NCBI RefSeq assembly: GCF_964355755.1
Contig: NC_092674.1
Coordinates: 24,304,001-24,368,000, forward strand
Length of the DNA stretch: 64,000 nucleotides
DNA from: Antedon mediterranea
Taxonomy: Eukaryota; Animalia; Echinodermata
Direction of reading: 5' to 3'
A program made the translations under genes and the position numbers. Below the pieces are notes generated by a model. It had not been told where the DNA came from and did no database searches. It saw only the letters and a program-made list of their open reading frames with translations. Each line of letters begins with the position of its first letter. Position 1 is the first letter of the stretch. This document shows positions 25,111 to 39,600 of the stretch, in pieces.

Positions 25111-27485
25111 TTAGTGAATTTTAACCAATGTGAACCAGATGCTACCAGCATCACTATTTCCCTTCATACTCCTTTCATACAATACGCCAATATGGTTCTC
25201 ATCGACGCTCGTCAACGTTGAATATGCTGCTGGTCCCGGGTAAATATTGACGGCTCCATCCCATGATTGGCCTTCATTCGCACTCCATCTCAAGGTAATG
25301 TTCTCTCTCGCTCCAGCATTGGCTGCATTGCTGAAAAACATGAGGTCACCGTGTTTGAGAATTCCACCTGCGTCAGTGGGATCAATTAATGTGGTATCGA
25401 AACGAACGCTATTGAAGTCGATTGTATCGCCCCCGTCGTTACTCAGCATTATAATGCGGCAGGCACAAAAGTATTTCCGCTCATTCCGGACATTGAACAA
25501 TATAGAGCCATTTTTTAGTTCCGAGATCTGAAAAAGAAAAATGGGTATCAAAAAAAAATTGTACTGTATTAAAATAGGAGACAATATTATATGTATTCTT
25601 AGTATTTTTAAAATTAATTTCTACCTTGTACCATTCATTCATTTAAACAATTTCTTTGATGAAATTTCACTTAAGCACTGTCTACACTATGAAACTACTA
25701 ACTGTAGACAGAGCTTTTAATAGGCTTATTTTACTGTTTCTACTTTAAAGGCCAGGTGCGGGCAAAAAATTTCTATTGATCATACATTCCAATAATTATC
25801 GATCTATAGTTTCCCCTATGTTTCATAATTTTTGGGATTTTATTTGTGTTACACGAGCTTGTTTAAAATAAGCACTTTCTTATCAGTGGGGGGATAGTTT
25901 AAATTACACAGTAAAATCTCTATTCTTTTGTACACAAATTTTGTAAATAGAGAGGCATTTTAAAAAGCTATGAAAAATAAACGTGTGGTAAAAAGATTTA
26001 TCAGATGACTAAATATAGGTAATATAACTTGAATTTTACATTTCTGGTATTTTCATTCAACTTTAGATTTTTATTTTCATGCTATAGCCAAAATTATCCA
26101 CCGTATACCCACCATCTTTTTTCACCTTCTAGGTTAAACTACCTAACTACTGAAAAAAAGTCTTCCTGGTTTTTATGGCAGAATTTTGCCAAATTTTGTG
26201 TTTGACCATATTAAGGGAAATTCATGTTTTTTTGTCCTGATTTCTGTTACAAATATTTGATTTATGTACAATTAACCAGATATTATATTTAAAATTCATG
26301 CCTGTACCCGAGCTTTAAGGAGATCTAGCTCCTCGAACTCATTGCTGTTTCTGTATGAGTGTGAGTTGATCTTTAAAGCTCTGTCAACGCTATCAAACTG
26401 TATGTGACAAAAATAAATGTGATGTGCCCATATATGGACATGATAATATCATATCACTACCATATTTGAGCATACATCACTACCATGTTTGGGCATATCA
26501 CACTTTGTTTGTCAAACTAGTTTGATAGTGTAGACAGAGCTTTACAAGCCAATGGCACCACCAGTTGATGGATGGCATTTTCACAAACCTGTACTTCTGT
26601 TGGCCAAAATGCACGTGAATACATAGGTCCATACTTGGGAAGTGCTACCTGAGAGGCTCCAAGTTTCCAGGTTTTTCCTTGATCTTTGTAAAAAAACAGT
26701 AGATAAATTAGACTATGTTTGTGTATATTTAATACCCATTATACAGCTTTCTGACTCAAACAAAACATCTAGTGAGATTACAATATGTATAAACAAACAT
26801 TTTAAATTGCATGAAAATGTATACATCATAGATATATCTTAGACTTTTAGTACATACCATCACTGGTTATGCACTCCATCGCATAGTAGATATGTCTGAT
26901 TGTGTGGCCACACACAATAAGACGACCTTTGTTGGGCTGTAGTTTCTTTTGTATGCCATACCCTGGCCCAGCAGACCACGAATAATTGTATAAATTGCTA
27001 TTTATGCCGTCAATTTTTCCGATGTCTACGGGCTCTTCCCAAGACAGACCACCGTCCACTGATTTGATCATAAAATTGGAAGTCACACGGCTAGCACACG
27101 TTCTATGCGCGCATTCCGTGTAAAACAGCAACACTTCTGATTGCTCAGAATTATACAAAACAGCCCCAAGGTTGATTCCATCATTGGACTTAAAGTTACT
27201 CGTTACAAATTCTGTTACCGACCAACTGTAGCCTCCGTTTACAGAGCTTCTTCCAGCGACAAATTTAGAGTTGGAATCGGATCTGGAGTACTTGCGACCC
27301 TCGGCGTAAACAACGACTTTCCCCTCATCAGTTAGCGTTGCTACTGGTATACGGTAGGCATAAACCTCGCCTTCATCGCCTCCCTCAAACAAAACCTGGT
27401 CAAGAACCACTTCAACGTTTAAGCCATTACATGCAGTAATCAATAATGCTGATAGTATACTAAAAAACGTAGACATACTCTCCAT
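25111..27485 (-). CDS. Sialidase (GH33, NEU1-like), ~379 aa, 3 exons, signal peptide
   Basis: Exons 27485-26858, 26683-26589, 25527-25111 (1140 nt). YRIP motif, EGR, Asp boxes (SVNGGYSW, SVDGGLSW, SDDQGKTW, SNDGGDTI, SANEGQSW), GPGYG, PTEVQ, NVRN, RENITL, nucleophile Tyr in AYS, LYE. Confidence 0.93.
25749..26314. mobile_element. Older Kolobok-like non-autonomous element
   Basis: TTAA|AGGCCAGGTGCGGGCA...TGCCTGTACCCGAGCT|TTAA, imperfect TIR. Confidence 0.5.
26377..26541. mobile_element. Harbinger-like MITE, family A copy
   Basis: AGCTCTGTCAACGCTATCAAAC...GTTTGATAGTGTAGACAGAGCT. Confidence 0.85.
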
Positions 27486-28174
27486 GATGTAGGCTTAAAT
27501 TGACAGTAAGTAAGGAATGTTTATTTTTCTATGTGTCGTGTAGCGGCGGCGGCGACCACCACTCTGTAACTTCCTCTTCATTTAGATAGAGAGGGTGGAA
27601 TTAAAAAATATATATAATTATAATTTGATCTAATTAATCATATATTCATCTTATCTAACAGACTATCTACTAAAAGGAAAACTAAATAATGATACCTAAG
27701 TATGTAATCTATCACTAAATATGTTAACATGAATAAAATATGTTTTTAATAAAATGTTAATACCTCATAGTAAATGGAACTTACCACAATTAGTCACATG
27801 ATTGAACAGGGTTTGTAGTCACCTGACTTTATTGTTTACGTATGAATAGGTGGTTGTTTTGGATACAGTGAAAGCTCATCCACTATGGCGCGCAAGTAGA
27901 GCCTTTAATGATATGTATTTTTATTTTAGAAGTTTAACTTCATATTTTATTTCCTTTATGTGGTAATTGGGCGGGATTGGTGCAGGATGTTCCTCCCGAG
28001 TGCCCTTCGATTTGGTGTACCATAAAAGCTTTTCTTATCGGGCGTAATTTGCGTACCATTAGGCGACTAGGTACAAGAACATAGGCCGTATACAATCTAG
28101 CAAAACAGCGTTGTTAAAGGCATGTGACGACGGGGATCGCAATAATCTATTGTCACTAACAAATAGCCAACAAT

Positions 28175-30398
28175 ATGCCTAGATATCACCTAATAATAAC
28201 GTTTGTGTTATATACGTGTAGTTTAATTGTAATTGCAATTAATCCATCGATTATAAAGTCGCAAGTAATATGGGAAAGCAATTCAACCGGCGAAGTTTAT
28301 TTGTATCGGATACCAGTGATCACCAACCTACCAAACGGCGATCTGGTTATCTTCACTGAAGCCCGAAAATATGACATTCCCAGTACGGACGTCGGGGCTA
28401 AATTCATTGCCATGAAACGATCAAAGGACAAGGGTGTATCCTGGGGTCCGACCGTATTCATCGTCGATGATTACGAAGCGAACGATGGCCTGAATTTAGG
28501 CACAGTTATGGTAGATGAAGAAAAGGGGTATATAATAATTCTGTATGTTTACTGTGCACACAATCGATGCCCGAAGAGACAGAACGTAGCCACCAACTTT
28601 GTTGTGAAGAGCAAAGATTGGGGTTATACCTGGAGTGAACCGGTAGATCTTGGCTTACAAAATCCAGCGATTCTTGGTTACGATTTGTCACCAGGCCCAG
28701 GATACGGAATACAGAAGAAGTTCGCACCAAACAAAGGTCGATTGATAGCATGCGGTCACAGAACACCATTTGCATTGAAGTCGGTCGCTTGCTTTTATAG
28801 TGATGGTAAGTTATATCTTTCATTACTAAATAAATTAAATATTTCGTAAAGTATTAACGTTTCTAGAAGTTTGTATTATAGGACCTATTGAAAAAAAAAA
28901 CAATATGAAAGCGAAAGAAAAATGTTAAGTGTGGAGGCCTTTATAATTTATAATGTCAATGTGTACAGTAGCTTTATGTCATAGTTCATCCCATGGATGA
29001 GATATTGAGGCGTTGGTTTTGTGGGCAACACTGTAGAAAAGACCAATTTCAATTTACGGTTTTATTTGCAACTGACATTTTTACTTTATATTTTTCTTGA
29101 TCGTATATATTAAATAAATTGTGCTGTCGCACAACGAATACAGAATACAGAAAGGTGATTTACTACAGTGCCTACCATTGGGAAATAAAATTATAAATAT
29201 TCTACCTTTCTGTTCATAATTCTAACAATCGAATTTTAACCACTAGAATCTTAGTGTAATAGTACTTGTGAATTGATATTGGTTGTTCATGATTTATGAA
29301 TAATTCTTGTTCTTTTCCAGATCATGGCGATACATGGCATATTGGCGGCGGTCTTGTCGGAATGCCATTTGGAGGTGATAAAAAAACTGGAGATTTTGCA
29401 CCAGGAGAAGCACAGGTAAGTTGAACTGCTAAATTTATATTTGATTTGTAAATCTATATTCAATTATACTTTATCTATCCACTCATGGTTGCTCTTCAGT
29501 GTATATGAAAAAACAAGTTTTTCAATTCTTTATATATATTATTTATAGTATAGAATGTAAAAAAAAAAAAATAAAAAACAACCTTTGAGATTTGTTTTTG
29601 AAGTTCTATTTTGAATGTTGTTGTCCGAATTCTATGGGTATGGGTTCTATGGTTAAGGCCAACTCAGACAGGGTCGTACGACGAAGCCCGACGAGTCGCC
29701 TCGTCGGGAGGAACATTAAACATATTTAAAGTTCTCCCGACGGCTTAACAACTATGCCCGACGGTATCTCAAGACGACTCATCTCGTCGGGATTCATCTC
29801 GAACAGCACTAACGAGTCAAGACATTTCTTCGGGTCTTGTCGTACGACGCTGTCTGAGTTGGCCGCGCCTTTATGCGTCAAAACCATTTTCAACACAAGG
29901 TTGTTTAACAGATTTGTTCGAGAACGCTAATCTCGAATTTGTTTCACATAGGCCTAATATTATTTTGTTACACAATTTTCAATTCTCTTTTTACAGATCA
30001 TTGAATATCCTAACGGTACATTACTAGTGAACGCTCGCAATACACATTTCTATCACTGTCGCTGTAGAATTCAAGGCATGAGTTTTGACGGTGGAATAAC
30101 CTTCCCAGTCACATCAACCACACTGGTTGCAGATCTCATTGAGCCTAGCGTCTGTGGTTCAATTCTTCTACAGGGAACCACCCTATTTTTTTCTAACCCA
30201 TCTTCCACGGCTGGGCGTGTTAATATGACCCTAAAGTGGAGTGGTGATATGGGAGAGACATGGCCTAACCAGTTGCCGATATTCCCTGGTAGTAGTGAAT
30301 ATTCGTGTCTTACAGCAATTGATGATGATCATATTGGTCTAGCTTTTGAGAAAAACGACTATAAGTTGGTACAATTTGTTAAGATCCAAATAAAATAA
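28175..30398 (+). CDS. Sialidase (GH33, NEU1-like), ~375 aa, 3 exons, signal peptide
   Basis: Exons 28175-28805, 29321-29415, 29997-30398 (1128 nt). YRIP, EARK, Asp boxes (SKDKGVSW, SKDWGYTW, SDDHGDTW, SFDGGITF, SGDMGETW), GPGYG, PGEAQ, NARN, RVNMTL, EYS, FEK. Confidence 0.93.
29657..29864. mobile_element. Harbinger-like MITE
   Basis: GGCCAACTCAGACAGGGTCGTACGAC...GTCGTACGACGCTGTCTGAGTTGGCC inverted termini; TAA on the left. Confidence 0.75.
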
Positions 30399-30919
30399 AG
30401 TTTATTAATCAATCAATCAATAAGTTTTTAATGAAATGATTAGTGATATTTCAGGTCAGACACGCGGCGCATGTTCCCCTCATACGGTTAACTTGTAATG
30501 AACTCAGGGACCATTTTACGTCCTCAGATGCTCCACTAGTAAATTCTTGTTACTTTCCTTACGATTAAATTACTTATGTTTTATCATGTTTGCCATTGAT
30601 ATAATTTAATATTGTAAGAGAAAATAAAATATAAATTATTCATGTATTTTGTCATAAACGTTTCGTTTAAAATTGAGTGTGCTATTTTTTGTTTTCGTCT
30701 TTATATTTCAAAATGATATTCGATTATGTCAAATGCATACATACAATATTGAGTAATTGGAATTCATACTTTTGAAATAAAATACAATTCAAATATTATC
30801 TATCTCTGTTTTAATTTGTTTCGTTTCTTGTTTATTTCTTTTCTCGTTTTTAACTTATTAAAGTTTTGGTATTTTAGTATTATACAGAAGAGATAAGATA
30901 ACGAAGTATGTGAAAACTA

Positions 30920-31577
30920 CGGTGGCTAATTTCCGCCAAAGAAATTTTTTTTTTTTATAATAATACTAATTAGGGCGTTATAACGCCGTATTAGGGCGTT
31001 ATAACGCCGTATTAGGGCGTTATAACGCCCTAATTATACAATCCGTTCACACGTACATGCACATGCGTAGTACATCAACAAATCCAGAGCCATAAAGAGT
31101 TGCGACTTTGAATGGATTGAATCAATTTGTTTAAAGGTTTTTGTTAAAACAATAATAAAATTGCTTTAATCCATTTAATTTAACAGCTCTGGCTGGCTCT
31201 ACGCGTTTATTTTGTACAGCGATATAGTAATGCATTGTTTTTACATTTTGTTGTTTAAAATCATCTTCGCAGTAACTTTAAGATTGCGTTATCTTAACAA
31301 AAACCTTTAAACAAATCGATAGTTTTGATATTTAAAACCTTGTGAATGTTATTCATTTTTTAAGCACATGACTCGACTCCATACACAACATAGGCATAGT
31401 TGGACACAAAGATGGCCAGTAATGTACCACGTGACTTTCTAAAATCTGTGAATGCGCCGAGAGGTTTGTTGATGTACTACGCATGCGCATGTACGTGTGA
31501 ACAGATTGTATATTTATGGCGTTATAACGCCGTATTATTATTTAAAAAAAATTTTCTTTGGCGGAAATCAGCCACCG
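30920..31577. mobile_element. Foldback-type non-autonomous DNA transposon, TA-flanked
   Basis: TA|CGGTGGCTAATTTCCGCCAAAGAAA...TTTCTTTGGCGGAAATCAGCCACCG|TA. Inverted similarity extends ~160 bp and includes a 21-bp palindromic unit (ggcgttataacgcc) x3. Confidence 0.8.
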
Positions 31578-31848
31578 TAGAAAACGGTTGTCACTTTTTC
31601 GTATATACACACTGGCTTTAAAATAGTACACTATTTAATCTTTTGCTTTGGACTATTTTTAATTGAAGCTTCAATCACCACAATAAAATTCGTCATTTAG
31701 TTTGAGTTTACAGTATGTCCACATGTCCTGTAATATGTATCAAATTCAATGGAGTTTCCAATACAAGTACAGTAAAACCACAAAGGAACGCCTTTAAGTG
31801 TTGCCTCTTGTTCTTTTCACAAGATAGTTTTTTTTAAATTCTTTTTTC

Positions 31849-31943
31849 AGTCGCGGCTCTACAGCTCACTATGTCGGTCGGTTGGTTGGTTGGTCGGTCG
31901 ATAAACTTGAGCACGCGACTGCAGCCATGTATTATTGTCTTGT
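31849..31943 (+). mobile_element. Short Helentron-associated (HINE/DINE-1-like) element
   Basis: T-run, AGTCGCG subterminal repeat, (GTCG/GTTG)n microsatellite, inverse CACGCGACT, short 3' tail; same ends as 38895 and 52018. Confidence 0.6.
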
Positions 31944-33652
31944 TACTTCATACGCATCCAACAGCGAGCACAAACTCACCAATTACAGGATGGATAAACT
32001 AGTTTATCATGTATCGTGCTTATAAACTAAGTCTCAAATGAGGCTTAGGGAATTACAACTCTGGCTCTATGTCAGGAACCCCGGAGCTTGGGATTGAAAG
32101 GCAAGCACGTTAACCACCAACCTTCAGCTACACTTGAAGGTGTCCTCTGTCCCAAACAAAGGGGTCTAAATTATTAATCTGTCCAGTGATTTCATTTTCA
32201 TCTCTTTCCTGGCCTTCGACTTTTACCTGGGATTCCATTGGAATTGTGCGTTTAGTTAGTTGCTTTACTCCTTGTCCAGGTGGTTGTTGTTTTGACGATG
32301 TCTGTCCCTCTCCAAATTGTTTAGTTTAAACGTAGTTTGCACAATCCAGCCACAATCATATGTTCTAATGCTTTTGTATAAAGTATTCCCAATATGCCTA
32401 CGTTGTTTGTAGATGTAAATAAAAGTGAGACTCAAAATTTATTACTTGGACATTTTATTAACAAAAACAATGAAATACCCAACAATTCAACCATCTGTAT
32501 GTCTTAACAACTTAAATAAAGATTATCGCTCTTCGTAAGTGCTAGGCCTACACCTAAATTATTCTGTTTTTGTAATAAACAATTAAGAAAGTGGTAAAGT
32601 AAGCACATTTCTTCCTTCTTTATTCAAACAGTAGCAAACGTGAAAACTTACTAAGTTTAATATAACTTTTGAACTTCGTTTAGACATGGAGTGTAGTTAT
32701 CTAATTGTTACATAATGGTTTAGTGGACTAGTGGACCGATATATTAAAATGGGGGTAAATGGGTGGTATTGATCGTTACACTGTTCTTGCCGTAGCTTAT
32801 TTTCTTGTAAATTAAACCGCACTAAATAATTGCTAAGGGACATCAAATAGTTCACTATAAGGTTAAAGGTCAGCTGCTGAGGTCAATGGTTAAAGGTTAA
32901 TGCTAAATTTGTCATATTACGTAAGAATTTTGGTCCACGTTGCCACGTATTGAAAGAATATCATAATAACATTACCTGTATAATAACACTGGAGGTAGAT
33001 GAAATATTTTAAAAACAAAAACAATATTCAATTCAAATATGTAAATACAGTAGCAGTTTTGAAAATATAATGGCGCGTGAAAACAAATGAATAAAATCTA
33101 CTAATTTTACTACGTGCTGCTAATATCCCATTGCGAATATGAGTACAGTATAATACTAGTATATGTTTGAAATGGACATACGTACATTTAATAATTATTA
33201 CAAAACTGATATGTTGGTTAGACTGTATTACTTAAATGCACTCCATCCACACATGAAGTGTCCAATATCAGTCCCCAAAGATATATTCACGCATGCGTAC
33301 CTACAATGTCATAATTTGACCCCTCAACTTTTTGCCGTCAACAGTGGCCTGTGGCGGATTTTTTAAAGGCAATTCATTCTATAAAAAAAAACGCAAATCA
33401 GAATATGTTTCGAGGGATGCTTTTCAGTTAATGAAACAATGCTCATGTACCATTTATTGATTACACATTAATTAAATTAATATTCATAAAACAAAACCCC
33501 TGTTATAAAATACTATTATGAAATTTGTTTATATTTTGTTTACAATTAATTTAAATCCGTATTATTATAATTGTTATTAAAATTAATGTTTGCAGTGCGT
33601 CTACTCTAACTTCTTCGTTGACTTTATCGGACATGCGCAGTGCTACTATAAA

Positions 33653-36600
33653 TTATTCTACATTGACGATAGCTCTGAATCCCTTTCCTTGTACAGTCGC
33701 ATCAGATTGAAATTTAATCCAAAATTCGCCCGTTATCGACCGTAGCAGTGTAGGTGGTGACCTGCTTCCACAGAACCTATAATAATACAAGTTAGGAACA
33801 TGTGTAAATGTTTTATCGCTCAAGCAAACTTTTTCAATAACCAATTTTTCTTTTGACAATCAGTTTTTGATAAATCAAATGCATTGTGCTCAAATTCATA
33901 ATACAACCGTATAGGGAGACACCGTCTGGTGACCCAACAAATTTCTTCCTTAATAGAAGTGTCCCCTGAATAGGCTTGACCCTGACTAGAGGTTGACCCT
34001 AAACAGAGGTTGTCCGAAGGTTGAAACTTCCCCGGCTCGTTAGTTTCACGGGTAATACTAATAGAGGTGTCTCTTAATATGGGTGTCCAAAGAAGGGCCA
34101 GGTTATTGTATTCGTGGTAGTAGTGATAGATATGTTCTCATTGAGGTGATTCAAAGGAGGGATCTGCTCTACTCGAGGTAGTTAGTACGAGTGGGGCCGT
34201 TCGGGATGACCGAATAGAATCAATATGTCACATAATTGTATTTTTTTGACAAAATGTCCCGAACGGCGCCCCGTAGTTAGTCATGTAAACGCCGCGCAGT
34301 ACCAAATCCTATCTTACCTCCCTACTCTCGCTGGGTGTTCAACGTCACCGTCCATTATGTCAACAAAGTCAAACTGACAATCTTCTTGCTTCTCAATATC
34401 AAAATTTTCAAACAACATCGAAACTTTGTTTCCGGTTATTTTCCAAATACAATCCACCTTATTTGGATAAAAATCTGGATATCCAGGCGTTTCCAATGTA
34501 GTAGTTTCTATAAAAGAAATAAATAGTAACGTGTTATATATGATATATTCAGTGCTGTATATCTCCACGTATAGAATGTGTCCAGTATCAGGCAAATCCC
34601 GTGATACAGCATCACATGTGGTGCTTGTATTATGAAAAACTAGAAGAAATTAGTGTATATAATAAAGGCGACACTTGCGAAACACACGAGATACTATATC
34701 ACGGAATTTGCTTTGACCAAGAAAAATCATAAATCTTCAAATAGAACTACGGTCGTTAGGTTAAATTGGTTAAAATGGACCTGAAATGGAATTTCGATTT
34801 TCAAGAAATTCACACATCTTATTTAAATGTATCAAATTAACACAAACCCATACAAATAAAAACAAAACGTATAGTATTTTGAGTAAAAACGAAATTTTAA
34901 GATACCATGGTAAATTAGCGAAAATTACTCACGCCATTGCAATATTCTATTTCAACGGCCGTCGGAAGCCTCTATATTCACGACGTCACATACACACGAT
35001 GATATCGAGAGCGTGTATGCCGCCCGATAGTCAGTGAATGATCGACGGCCTGGAAAGATACGCGAAGCGTTGACACTAATACTAATTTATTCAATATCTA
35101 ATGTTGTTGAAATATAGGTCCCTAAAATGTACTTCGTTTGTTCTAAAACACGAATTTAGAAGGCCTACCTCCCAAACCTTTACTAGGCCTCTAGGCCCCC
35201 AATCCAGCGCGCGGAGTCGATCCACCACCCACATCATGCGGCGAGGCTCCGTTTCATGTGCATCCAAGGACCAAAGCGATATCAACAACTTGCTGCGCTC
35301 ATTGTCAAGCCAAAGTAAAATATGAATAACATTCGTTTTTGAACTGCCTGATTCGTGACAAATAAATTATCATCTCATATTACTAATTTAATTCTGCAAA
35401 ACTAAAAACTAAAGAAACTAACACATTTTAGCAGTATAAATTACGAACGATATACAAAATACACGAACGGAAAATATGGATACGCATCATTGCGCACGGA
35501 GCTGTATCCCGGACAACGTTGCCAGGCCAACTTCGGTATTGCCAGAAAAAAACCGTTGATTTTAAGATTTTAAATCGTCATTTACTCGATGAATAACCGT
35601 TTATGCGGTAATAATTTTATCTAAAAAAATTCTAAATACGTTTCTGCAAATGCACAAGCATTTTTTAGAAAATACTCCATAGATTTCAAGAGTTATAGCC
35701 AAAAAACTGCAAATTTTCCATTGGAGGGATAGGAATATATTCGCAAAGTGACGTCACCCGCGAATTTTTTTGATTTTCAAATGGGGCTTTCCCCAAAAGG
35801 GCCAATTTATATTTTGTAACAATATACATTCTAGCAACACCTAATAGCCCCCAAAACATCATTCTAAAATGAAAAAAATCGAAAATCCATTTCAGGTCCA
35901 TTTTAAGGGGGCTTTCCCACCTCTTCCGTTTTTCCAGATGTTTTTTGTTGCTTTTTAGATGTCTTCCAAACTCTGACGTAATTGTATCGAATTTACTTGT
36001 TCATTTAGGGTTCGTTCTTACCATTTATTGTTCCTCCACATTCTTGTTGATGGTTCCCACGTAACTCCGTGAAATAGTTCACCAGAAAGCTGTTAGTGTG
36101 AGGCCATTCTGAATGGTACTGTACCCATATACTGTTTGATATAGTATCAACTTCTTCAGGCCAGTCCTCTATACTACATATTGTAGTGAGGGCGCCACTA
36201 CCAGGACCTTGACCCTGCCCTATGGTTATATAATTTAAGCATCTATCGTCGTTTTCCCAACGTTCAAATTCAATTCTAGAAGAAAACGTTGTAGACATAA
36301 TTTATTATGTACCAACTGAATTGATTCTGTATCTATTCTGTGTCACCGGAATTTATTATACAGAATTCATTCTGTGACGACATAGTTATGTGTAGACATG
36401 GGTGAACTAATTCCGTGTCGACAGAATTCATTCCGTATCAACAGAAATCATTCCGTGTCGACATAATTCATTCCCTATTAACAGAAATCTTTCCGTGTCG
36501 ACAGAATACATTCTGTGTAGACAGATTTAAATTGTGTAGACAGAATAGATTCTGTAGACAGGGTTCATTATGTGTAAGATAGAGTTCATTCTGTTCAGAC

Positions 36601-39600
36601 AGAATAATTCTAAGTGTATATAAGATTTGATTTTCATCTAGGAAGAGAGACGGACAGCAATACTGATAAAGTGAGCACATCCAAAGTGTCTTCCCATTTT
36701 TCTATTCTATTCATACATATGTGTACACACATTCATTGTACACCTCTCAAATATTACGAATATTAAGATACCACTTACCCTAAGGATATTCTAAGATCCT
36801 GTTCTACATTGATATGCCACAAGCAATCTAATGAATTGTTGTTATTCGGTATTATAGGTGTAAAAAAGTAGCCCTCGTAATCTTCATATTTATTCCTACA
36901 ATTCTCAACCTCTGTAATGAGAATGCAATAGTATTCGGTTATAAATATACAGTACGGTAGTTAAGGGCTAATTCTGGTCTAGAGCTCTGTCTACACTACC
37001 AAACTAGTTTGACAATAAAAAATGATATATACCCAAATAATGATAGTGATATGACATTATCATGTCCATATATTGGCACATCACATAAAGATGGTGTAGA
37101 CAGAGCTTTATGTTTGGTTATTCCAACTACAGTTTGTCTGTTACTACAGAACTCTTCCTACTACTTCTTGGGGAGACTACTATTTCGTGAATTGAACAAG
37201 GGGCAGCGTCATTTTTCGTAACTTCACAAACGCAGCTCGTAAAGTATCAACGTTTAGTATGTTTATTTTCTTACTTGTCCCTCGTAGCCGTCACTTTTTT
37301 GGACAAAAGGGAAGGCGAAGCATATTGCTTATAAGCCCCTCAAAGTTAGCATGTCATTGTTCAAACGGTGTGAATTGTAATGGGTGGTACGGTTCACAAC
37401 CCAAGCCTCTTCGAGTCTACTTTTAAACAAAATATAGAGAACTAGTCGAAACAACATAATCCGAAAGACCATTGATATAAACAACTGAAAACCGGACAAA
37501 AAAATGCCTTACCAGGGCCGTAGCCAGCATGAGGCAGAAGAGACGCTCGCCTCGTTTGAAATTTTCAATTTCCACCACCCACCCCCGATTCCCCAGCACA
37601 GATCGTCATATTTTATATCAATAAATATATATAAGTATTTTTGCCTCGTCTGTTTTTAATCTCTCGCTACGGTCTTACTTACGCTATGTAATACCCAACA
37701 AACCTACCTATACAATTGTAGTTATTTTCGTGTAGAATGTACCCCAAATCACACGAGCACTCGTAACCACCGGGTGTGTTGGAGCACCGATGTTCACACA
37801 GAGGACTGCCCTTGTCGCATTCGTTTTCGTCTGAAAAGTAATAAATCGTCATTAAGAAGAGTGTTTTTCAAAATTACCTTGTGTGCTTTCATATATCTGA
37901 CTAAAGCTCTGTCTACACTACTGTATCATTTTTTATGTGACAAAAAAATGTGATGTGACCATAATATGGACATGATGATGTTGTCATATCACTACCATAT
38001 TTGGGTATATCACCACCATATTTGAGCACATCATACTTTTTTAGTTAAATTAGTTTGATAGTGTAGACAAAGCTTAATATTATATGACCTTATTATAAAT
38101 ATTATGACCAGCCTAATTGTCATTGTCACCACCATAAAAACCACTGTGATCCTCCGATTTTTGTTTTCAACATCACTATACCCCCACCACCATTTCTATA
38201 CCAGGTTTGTTACCATTGTGATGTCATCTTTTCTTCGTCGTAAATTATGTCTTCGATATTTTATTTTTACTCACAATAATAGATATCAGTTCTTTATTAA
38301 CTTAGTTATTTCCTTTGTTATCACCATCGATCATCAAATATCGTTAAGGTGGTGGCTTACTACCATCTCATCTGTGCCTCATGCAAAGTTTTTTTAGTAT
38401 ACGGACCTACGCGTAGTTCAGCGTTCTCCAAGAACGCCACACGCACACCGTCTCCGTTTCTTAGGAAACACAAACTTCATAACGTTTACTATAAAAATGG
38501 CATGTGTGTTGCGGCGGCAGCGCGATGGATCTTTGATTCAACATATATCACTCTTATTCACTAACACGGTAGGTTTAAATTCGATTGTTCTTTGTCATTT
38601 TTTAGCCACATGACTTACAATCTTACTATAGTCCTACTTTAAAGTATGATATACCAGACCTATACATAAATGCAGAAACAGCAAGCCAAATACGTTTTAT
38701 AAGTTGCAATGCAATGTATTATTAAGCTCTGTCTAGGCCTATGCCTACACTATCAAACTTTGTGACAGAAAAAAGTGGTTTGCCCATAATATGGACATGA
38801 TAATGTTATATCACTACCATATTTAAGCATATCACTACCATATTTAAGCATATCACTACCATATTTACAAGAAGTGACTATTATCCGTTTTTTTAGTCGC
38901 GTGAACTCTATAGTTCACTATGTCGGTCGGTCGGTCGGTCGGTCTGTCTGTCGGTCTGGTATCACTATGCGTTTTATCGCTTTCTGACCTTATCTTGATA
39001 TCAGTTTAATCTAGCAAAGTCAATTTTTCACAGTATATTCCTTATGGCCAGGAATCGATGTGGTTATGTTTTCACGGTGCGCAATAAAAAATTACGCGGT
39101 CTACGCACGATTTAACGAAATCACGTTTGTAATCATATCTTCACAACCATGAATCACAATTAAATAAAATACTCATAAATTTCAGGGCATAAATCATCAT
39201 ATGGCAATACAATTACGTGCGTAGCGCATGTAACGCATGCGTACGTACGCTTAAAATTTTCAAAATTTATTTTCGATGAAATAAGAGTATGTTTCAGGCA
39301 ATTTTAAGCGTTTACAAAATTGCCATGAGTGCGCAGATTTTTGCGTGCGCACTGCGCGTTAAATGTTATTGAGCACTCTTTTTGCCCGATTTCTGTTTTC
39401 TTGACTTACTTTTCAACTCGAAATTACTTTATACGAGCACGTCAAAAGTGACAGGCTACGCACGTGTAAATTAAAAAAATATAACTGTTTTTAAACATTT
39501 CAACATTTTTAAACATGTTCAGTAATTTCGGTCAGTTGGTAGGTTGGTCGGTGGGTCGGTAAACACTAAGCACGCGACTGCAGCCATCTATATGCTGAAA

